A stretch of 64,000 bases of DNA from Desulfomicrobium sp. Lineage in GTDB: Bacteria; Desulfobacterota; Desulfovibrionia; Desulfovibrionales; Desulfomicrobiaceae. The notes beneath the pieces were generated by a model that saw only the letters and a program-made list of their open reading frames with translations, was not told the origin of the DNA and searched no databases. Below are positions 58,877 through 64,000 of the stretch, one piece after another. The stretch spans positions 1,344,001-1,408,000 of the forward strand of contig JAXGMI010000001.1 of assembly GCA_040768745.1 (NCBI GenBank), in the 5' to 3' direction. Both the position numbers and the translations under genes were made by a program. Every line of letters begins with the position of its first letter. The first letter of the stretch is position 1.

Positions 58877-59382
58877 GCCTCCTCCCTCCGTTTGAAGCCC
58901 AGCAGCACGGCTCCGGCCATGGCCACCAGGAGCACCACGGAAATGAGCTCGAAGGCCAGCCCGTAGGTGCCCAGGAGCCCCTGCCCCAGTTCCTTGATGC
59001 CCGTTTCGGCGGGCACGTCCACGGTCTGCTTGAAGGCCCTGAGGCAGACCGCCCCCAGCAGGACCACCGGAGTGGCCGCGGCCACGAAGGCCAGGGGTCT
59101 GCGCCGGGACGTGGCCCGCTCCTCGCCGCCCGCCGGCGGGCGGGTCAGCATGATGGCGAAGAAGATGAGCACGCTGATGGCCCCGACGTAGATGAGCAGC
59201 TGCATGAGGCCCACGAAGGGGGCGTTCATGAGGAAATACATGCCGGCGACGCCGAACATGGCCGCCACCAGACCGATCAGGGCCCGGACTAGGTTCGGGT
59301 TGGTCACGGCCACAAACCCGCCGCCGACGATGATGGCCAGGTACAGGACGTAGGCGAGAAATGCGAGTGTTTCCATAATCAT
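58873..59382 (-). CDS. nuoJ: Complex I-like subunit NuoJ
   Basis: QLLIYVGAISVL.FFAIML, FELISVVLLVAMAGA. Confidence 0.9.
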   Translation of the reverse strand: MIMETLAFLAYVLYLAIIVGGGFVAVTNPNLVRALIGLVAAMFGVAGMYFLMNAPFVGLMQLLIYVGAISVLIFFAIMLTRPPAGGEERATSRRRPLAFVAAATPVVLLGAVCLRAFKQTVDVPAETGIKELGQGLLGTYGLAFELISVVLLVAMAGAVLLGFKRREEA

Positions 59383-59888
59383 TCCGCCTTTTTGACGTGT
59401 TTTGGCAGCCGTGAGCGCAGCCGGGCGACGAGGTCGAACTGGAAATCCTGCCGCGAATACCCCGCGATGTTGATGTTCTGCGAGAAGCGAATCGCGTTTG
59501 CGGGGCAGGACATCACGCATTGCCCGCACAGGGAGCAGAGGGTGAAGTCCAGCCGGAAGGTCTCGGGGTCCTTGGGCGCCTTGGGCTTGACGCCCTGCTC
59601 GACTTCCTCGGGCGTGGGCGCGGGGGCCTTTTTCTTGGTCACGGTGATGCAGCCCGAGGGGCAGGCCTTGGCGCACGTGCCGCAGGAGATGCAGCGCGGG
59701 GTCAGGGAATCGTTGTCCTCGGGAATCAGTTCGATGTGGCCCCGAAACGTCGCCAGGTTGTCCACTTCCTGACGGGGATAGTGGATGGTTACGTTGGGCT
59801 GCAGGAAGTATTTCCCGGTGATGTTCAGGCCGACGACGAGGGACCACATGCCCCGGGCCGCGCGCTTGATTTCTTCGAGTCTGTACAC
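59379..59888 (-). CDS. nuoI: Complex I-like 2[4Fe-4S] subunit NuoI
   Basis: T..YP, FRG, CISCGTCAKACP, CSLCGQCVMSCP. Confidence 0.92.
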   Translation of the reverse strand: MYRLEEIKRAARGMWSLVVGLNITGKYFLQPNVTIHYPRQEVDNLATFRGHIELIPEDNDSLTPRCISCGTCAKACPSGCITVTKKKAPAPTPEEVEQGVKPKAPKDPETFRLDFTLCSLCGQCVMSCPANAIRFSQNINIAGYSRQDFQFDLVARLRSRLPKHVKKAE

Positions 59889-59898
59889 GCGACGCCTC

Positions 59899-60861
59899 CT
59901 AGAGTTTGACGATGATGGTGACGTACACCAGGTTCACGAGGGCCAGGGGTACGAGCCACCGCCAGCACAGGTTCAGGAGCTGGTCGAAGCGCACCCGGGG
60001 ATAGGTCCAGCGGATCTGGATGATCAAAAAGATAAGGGCATACATCTTGAGCAGGAACCACCACCAGCCGGGGGCGAAAGGGCCGTTCCAGCCGCCCAGG
60101 AAGAGCACGGTGGCCACGGAGCAGACCACGACCATGTTGGCGTACTCGGCCATGAAGAAGAGACCGAAGCCCATGCCCGAGTATTCGGTGTGGAAGCCCG
60201 CGGTCAGTTCGCTCTCGGCCTCGGGGAGGTCGAAGGGTGCGCGGTTGGTCTCGGCCAGGGCGCAGATGAAGTAGATGATGAAGCCCAGCGGGTTGAGGAG
60301 GGCGTTCCACTGCCAGGGCAGGGCGCCCTGGCCGGCGGAGATGGTGGCCAGATCAAGGCTGCCGGTCATGAAGGCGACCGAGAGCACGGACAAGAGCAGG
60401 GGGATCTCGTAGGCCACGTTCTGGGCCACGGAGCGGGCCGCGCCCAGGAGGCTCCACTTGTTGTTGGAGCCCCAGCCGGCCAGGCACAGCGAAAGCACGC
60501 CGAACCCGGCGAAGGCCAGGATGAGCACGATGCCCAGGTCGAGCTTCAGGGCCACGAGGTTCGGGCCGAAGGGGATGGGCAGCATGCACAGGGCCACGGG
60601 CATGAAGCACATGATGGGCGCCAGCCAGAAGATGACCGGGTCGGCGTCCTTGGGAGTGGTCAGCTGTTTGCCCATGAGCTTGAGACCGTCCACCAGGGGT
60701 TGGAGTATGCCGTGGGGGCCCACTTCGTAGGGGCCGGGACGGCGCTGGACATGGCCGGCGATTTTCCGCTCGGCGTAGACCAGGGCCAGGGCGTTCAGGG
60801 CCACGAAGACCAGGATGCCCACCAGTGCCACGAGGATGCGCAGGAGTTGCGGGTCGATCAT
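59899..60861 (-). CDS. nuoH: Complex I-like subunit NuoH
   Basis: ERKIAG..QRR.GP, AETNRAPFDLPEAESEL, PRVRFDQL. Confidence 0.95.
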   Translation of the reverse strand: MIDPQLLRILVALVGILVFVALNALALVYAERKIAGHVQRRPGPYEVGPHGILQPLVDGLKLMGKQLTTPKDADPVIFWLAPIMCFMPVALCMLPIPFGPNLVALKLDLGIVLILAFAGFGVLSLCLAGWGSNNKWSLLGAARSVAQNVAYEIPLLLSVLSVAFMTGSLDLATISAGQGALPWQWNALLNPLGFIIYFICALAETNRAPFDLPEAESELTAGFHTEYSGMGFGLFFMAEYANMVVVCSVATVLFLGGWNGPFAPGWWWFLLKMYALIFLIIQIRWTYPRVRFDQLLNLCWRWLVPLALVNLVYVTIIVKL

Positions 60862-62015
60862 CGGTCAATCTCCGGGATGACAAGATCGAGGCTGCCCAGG
60901 ATGGATACGGCGTCCGCCAGGAGCGTCCCCTGGCTCAGTTCCGCGAAAAGACTCAGGTTGGAGAAGCTCGGGGCGCGCAGCTTGACGCGGTAGGGGCTTC
61001 CGCTGCCGTTGCTCTGCAGGTAGCAGCCGATCTTGCCCCGCGCTCCTTCCACGGCAAAGAAGACCTCGCCGGCCGGGACTTTCGGCTTCTTGGGCATTTT
61101 GGCCTGGATGTCGCCGGCAGGGATCTGGGCCACGGCCTGCTCGACGATGTTGAGGCTCTGTTCGAGTTCCTGCATGCGCACCAGGTAACGGCCCAGGGCG
61201 TCGGTGCGATCGCTGGTCGGGACGACGAAGTCCAACCCGGGATACACGGAATAGGGTTCGGCCCGGCGCACGTCGTAGGCCACGCCGCTGCCGCGCAGGA
61301 CCGGGCCCGTGGCGCCGTAGCGCACGGCCATGTCCACGGGGATGTGTCCGATGTCCTCGACCCGGCCGAGCAGGATAAAGTTGTCCGTGACCAGGGACTT
61401 GTACATGGGCAGACGGTCGCGCAGCCGCGCGATGAAGCGCGTGATGCGCTCCTTGAGCGCGTCGCTCATGTCGGTGACCACACCCCCAAAGGTGAAAGAC
61501 GCGTAGGTCAGGCGGGAGCCGGTCAGGTCCTGGAGGATGTCCAGGAGCTCCTCGCGGTCGTCGAATGCGTAGAGGATGGGGGTGAAGGCGCCCAGGTCCA
61601 GCAGGTAGGCACCCCACCAGAGCAGGTGCGAGGAGATGCGGTTCAGTTCGCAGGTGATGACGCGCAGGTATTCGGCGCGCGGGGAGGGAGGCGTTTCTCC
61701 GAGCTTCTCCACCGCGCCCACGAAGGCCCAGTTCCAGGCCAACGCGTGCAGGTAGTCCACCCGGCCCATGTTGGTGATGAACTGAGCGTAGGTTTTCCCT
61801 TCTGCCATTTTCTCGTGCATGCGGTGGATGTATCCGAGCACGGGGTCGGCGCGCAGAATGTACTCGCCGTCAATCTCCAGCATGACCCGCAGGACGCCGT
61901 GGGTCGAAGGGTGCTGGGGACCCATGTTCAGGATGAGGGAGTTGTCCTGCTTCCCCTGCTCGAAGTGCTGCGTATAGAATCCGCGCTCGGCGATCTGTTC
62001 CTTGGTGAACATCAT
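60858..62015 (-). CDS. nuoD: Complex I-like subunit NuoD
   Basis: NMGPQHPSTHGVLR, GYIHR..EK, RVDY, DLVIPEIDR; no CxxC NiFe ligands. Confidence 0.95.
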   Translation of the reverse strand: MMFTKEQIAERGFYTQHFEQGKQDNSLILNMGPQHPSTHGVLRVMLEIDGEYILRADPVLGYIHRMHEKMAEGKTYAQFITNMGRVDYLHALAWNWAFVGAVEKLGETPPSPRAEYLRVITCELNRISSHLLWWGAYLLDLGAFTPILYAFDDREELLDILQDLTGSRLTYASFTFGGVVTDMSDALKERITRFIARLRDRLPMYKSLVTDNFILLGRVEDIGHIPVDMAVRYGATGPVLRGSGVAYDVRRAEPYSVYPGLDFVVPTSDRTDALGRYLVRMQELEQSLNIVEQAVAQIPAGDIQAKMPKKPKVPAGEVFFAVEGARGKIGCYLQSNGSGSPYRVKLRAPSFSNLSLFAELSQGTLLADAVSILGSLDLVIPEIDR

Positions 62016-62488
62016 GCCTCCTCCAGGGTTGCCGGAGCCTGGGCCCAGGGGAAGATCGTGGTCAGGGGGACCTTGTTCCCGTCCTGCTTTTTGAGCGGCG
62101 GCGTCTGGGCGTCGGGCGGCAGGAGCAGGGGGATGAGGTTGGGGTGCCCGGCGAAGGCCGTGCCGAAAAAGTCGCAGCACTCCCGTTCGTGCCAGTCGGC
62201 CCCGGGAAAGATGTCGGCGATGGAGTCGAAGGAGTTGTCGGCGCTCAAAGCCATGCAGCAGATGCGCCCGGGGCGGTCGAAGTGGTCGTAGTGATAGAGC
62301 ACCAGGGTGCCTTCCTGCACTTCGGACACGGTCACGTCTTCGAGGTGATAGCCCTTCCCGCGACAGAGTCTGGCGGCTTCGCGAACCTGGTCCGGCGGGA
62401 GCAGGACGGAAAAGGTCAGGCCCGTCTTGAGTGGGTCCTGGGCGGCGGTGAAGAGGCAGGGGAGGTCTTGAAGGAAATGCGCGCTCAT
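62012..62488 (-). CDS. nuoC: Complex I-like subunit NuoC
   Basis: [25 protein letters not shown]...L. Confidence 0.9.
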   Translation of the reverse strand: MSAHFLQDLPCLFTAAQDPLKTGLTFSVLLPPDQVREAARLCRGKGYHLEDVTVSEVQEGTLVLYHYDHFDRPGRICCMALSADNSFDSIADIFPGADWHERECCDFFGTAFAGHPNLIPLLLPPDAQTPPLKKQDGNKVPLTTIFPWAQAPATLEEA

Positions 62489-63018
62489 GGCTCGATCCCT
62501 CCCAGAGCCTCGGGCCACCAGCGTTTCCCGGTGATCTTTTCCTGGAGCATGAAGAGCCCTTCCAGGAGTCCCTCAGGGCGGGGCGGGCAACCAGGGACGT
62601 ACACGTCCACTGGCACCAGGGTGTCCACCCCCTCGATCACGTTGTAGTTGGATTCCCCGGCGAACGGACCGCCGGAGATGGCGCAGTTGCCCATGGCGAT
62701 GACGTACTTGGGCGCCGGCATCTGTTCGTACAGGCGGACCAGGGCCGGGGCCATCTTGCGTGTCACGGTACCGGCCACGATCATGAGGTCCGACTGGCGT
62801 GGCGAGGGCCGGAAAACCTCGGCCCCGAAGCGAGAGATGTCGAAACGGGCCATGCCCACGGCCATCATCTCAATGGCGCAGCAGGCCAGGCCGAAGGTCA
62901 TGGGCCACAAGGACATGGCCCTGCAGATGTCGAGCACCTGCTGCGCCGGCTTCAGGTGCACCAGCGGCGGCTCTGCGCCCCTTACCGCCGGGGCGATACG
63001 CGGATTCGTCTGGGCCAT
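62485..63018 (-). CDS. nuoB: Complex I-like subunit NuoB
   Basis: [34 protein letters not shown]. Confidence 0.95.
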   Translation of the reverse strand: MAQTNPRIAPAVRGAEPPLVHLKPAQQVLDICRAMSLWPMTFGLACCAIEMMAVGMARFDISRFGAEVFRPSPRQSDLMIVAGTVTRKMAPALVRLYEQMPAPKYVIAMGNCAISGGPFAGESNYNVIEGVDTLVPVDVYVPGCPPRPEGLLEGLFMLQEKITGKRWWPEALGGIEP

Positions 63019-63377
63019 GAGAACACTCCTTTGCTGGAAAAATAGAAGATCGCGGCGAAGAGCACGGCAATGAAGACAAGAACCTGCCAGAAAGGGAGCC
63101 ATCCCGAGGTGTCGGGGTACATGGCGGCCACTGGGAAGAGGTAAAGAACGTCGACGTCGAAGGCGAGGAAGATGAGGGCGTAGAAGTAGAAGGTCAGGCC
63201 GAATTGCACCCACGCCTGCCGCCCGTGCACCGGAATGCCGCATTCGTAGGATTCGGCGAAGGCGCCGCCCTTGGCCTTGGGGGCCAGGAGGAGAGACACG
63301 ACAATGGGCCCGAGTGCGAATGCCAGGCCGGCCGCCAGGAATGCCAGGATCGAGACGTTCATCCAACTGAAGACCAT
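62982..63377 (-). CDS. nuoA: Complex I-like subunit NuoA
   Basis: [22 protein letters not shown]; three TM helices. Confidence 0.92.
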   Translation of the reverse strand: MVFSWMNVSILAFLAAGLAFALGPIVVSLLLAPKAKGGAFAESYECGIPVHGRQAWVQFGLTFYFYALIFLAFDVDVLYLFPVAAMYPDTSGWLPFWQVLVFIAVLFAAIFYFSSKGVFSWPRRIRVSPRR

Positions 63378-63490
63378 AGGAGACCACCTCTACGTAAATG
63401 GATCAATAAAAACGTATCGTTATAGCAGAATACAGCCTCGGCGATGTGCCCTCGGATTGCTCCGGCGCAGAAAAGCCAAGTATGTCATCG

Positions 63491-63603
63491 CTGCAAATGT
63501 CTCGAACGGGCCTGAGTGTCATTTCCGCGAGGCCGGGAATCTTTCATTTCAGGCAGTTGAAAAAGGCGAAACCCCTCGTTTCATGGGGATGACGACTTTT
63601 GCA
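63491..63603. repeat. Degenerate REP/MITE-like element, copy 3
   Basis: Reverse complement TGCAAAAGTCGTCATCCCCATGAAACGAGGG...CCTTTTTCAACTGCCTGAAATGAAAGATTCCC aligns by eye with 386-457. Confidence 0.6.
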
Positions 63604-63845
63604 TCGATGACTGGTGCGCCAAAGGATGTAACTGTTACGTCTCAGGAAAGACTGTCACGACGGAAAGCATTGACAGCGCCATGTCAAAGCAAGGGCGGAG
63701 AAGGGATGTCGATGCCGCCGTAACGAGCGGGTAAAACAGCAGATGACAGTGGTGTGGAGTGGGACTTTCGGCGCAACAGATGGACGTACGCGCCGCGAGA
63801 TGGCCGCAAGGCATCGAGAGTGGGACAGCACATAAATAACCCCCC

Positions 63846-63879
63846 AAAAAAAAAGAGGCATGGACCATGAGGAGGCCTC
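63846..63879 (-). terminator. Terminator-type expression platform of the riboswitch
   Basis: Minus strand GAGGC...GCCTC followed by nine T, just 3' of the aptamer. Confidence 0.6.
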
Positions 63880-63894
63880 ACACCAAAGGGAGGT

Positions 63895-64000
63895 CTCCTT
63901 TCGATGCTTACGAGGTTAGCTGACGGGCTCGGGTCGAAAGGTACCCTACGCATGTGCGATTCGCCCCAAAGAATTGGGTCCCCCGCTTCCGCCATCGGCG
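63895..64000 (-). ncRNA. c-di-AMP riboswitch (ydaO-yuaA class); 5' end probably just outside the window
   Basis: Minus strand GCGGGGGACCCA..TTGGGGCGAATC..GTAGGG..CCCGAGCCCGTCAGCTAACCTCGTAAGC matches the class consensus; 8-bp pseudoknot pairing CCTTTCGA/TCGAAAGG. Confidence 0.88.

Noticed and set aside
60858..63018. Membrane-bound group 4 [NiFe] hydrogenase (Ech/Coo)
   Set aside because: The large subunit lacks both CxxC nickel-binding motifs and nuoA/J/K are present, so it is complex I-like.
63416..63440. ModE box upstream of nuoA (ATCGTTATAG)
   Set aside because: Only one half-site matches and the second half is absent at the expected spacing.

Overview
Chromosomal window from a sulfate-reducing deltaproteobacterium; the 16S sequence and gene content look Desulfomicrobium-like (Desulfovibrionales), judged by eye only. 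In order: (1) the 5' end of a type IV pilin-like gene; (2) a tandem rRNA block 5S-16S-tRNA(Ile)-tRNA(Ala)-23S-5S-16S-23S-5S; (3) an IS66 element with a duplicated left end and an IS1182-family element nested inside it; (4) ispH, a dus gene and a flagellar export/regulatory cluster (fliR-flhB-flhA-flhF-flhG-fliA-cheY-fliL); (5) cinA, a Sua5/YrdC gene, a candidate sigma54-driven small RNA, NUDIX, glgA and an XRE regulator plus acyl-CoA synthetase; (6) two unannotated small ORFs, a decayed feoA/feoB fusion, and DsrE, MBL-fold, LarE-like and ZntB genes; (7) a visibly GC-richer block of about 25 kb. That block holds a cluster of two double-cubane-type reductases, an ATP-dependent activase, an FmdE/molybdopterin-binding fusion, a TOBE protein and two ABC transporters (one an atypical Pst-like system). 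It also holds a NuoEFG-less complex I-like operon with four antiporter-like subunits followed by a lactate permease, which lies downstream of a c-di-AMP (ydaO-yuaA class) riboswitch at the window edge. The best candidates for new biology are the double-cubane/oxyanion cluster, the riboswitch-led complex I-like operon and the sigma54 sRNA. All calls come from manual reading and motif recognition; no database searches were run.
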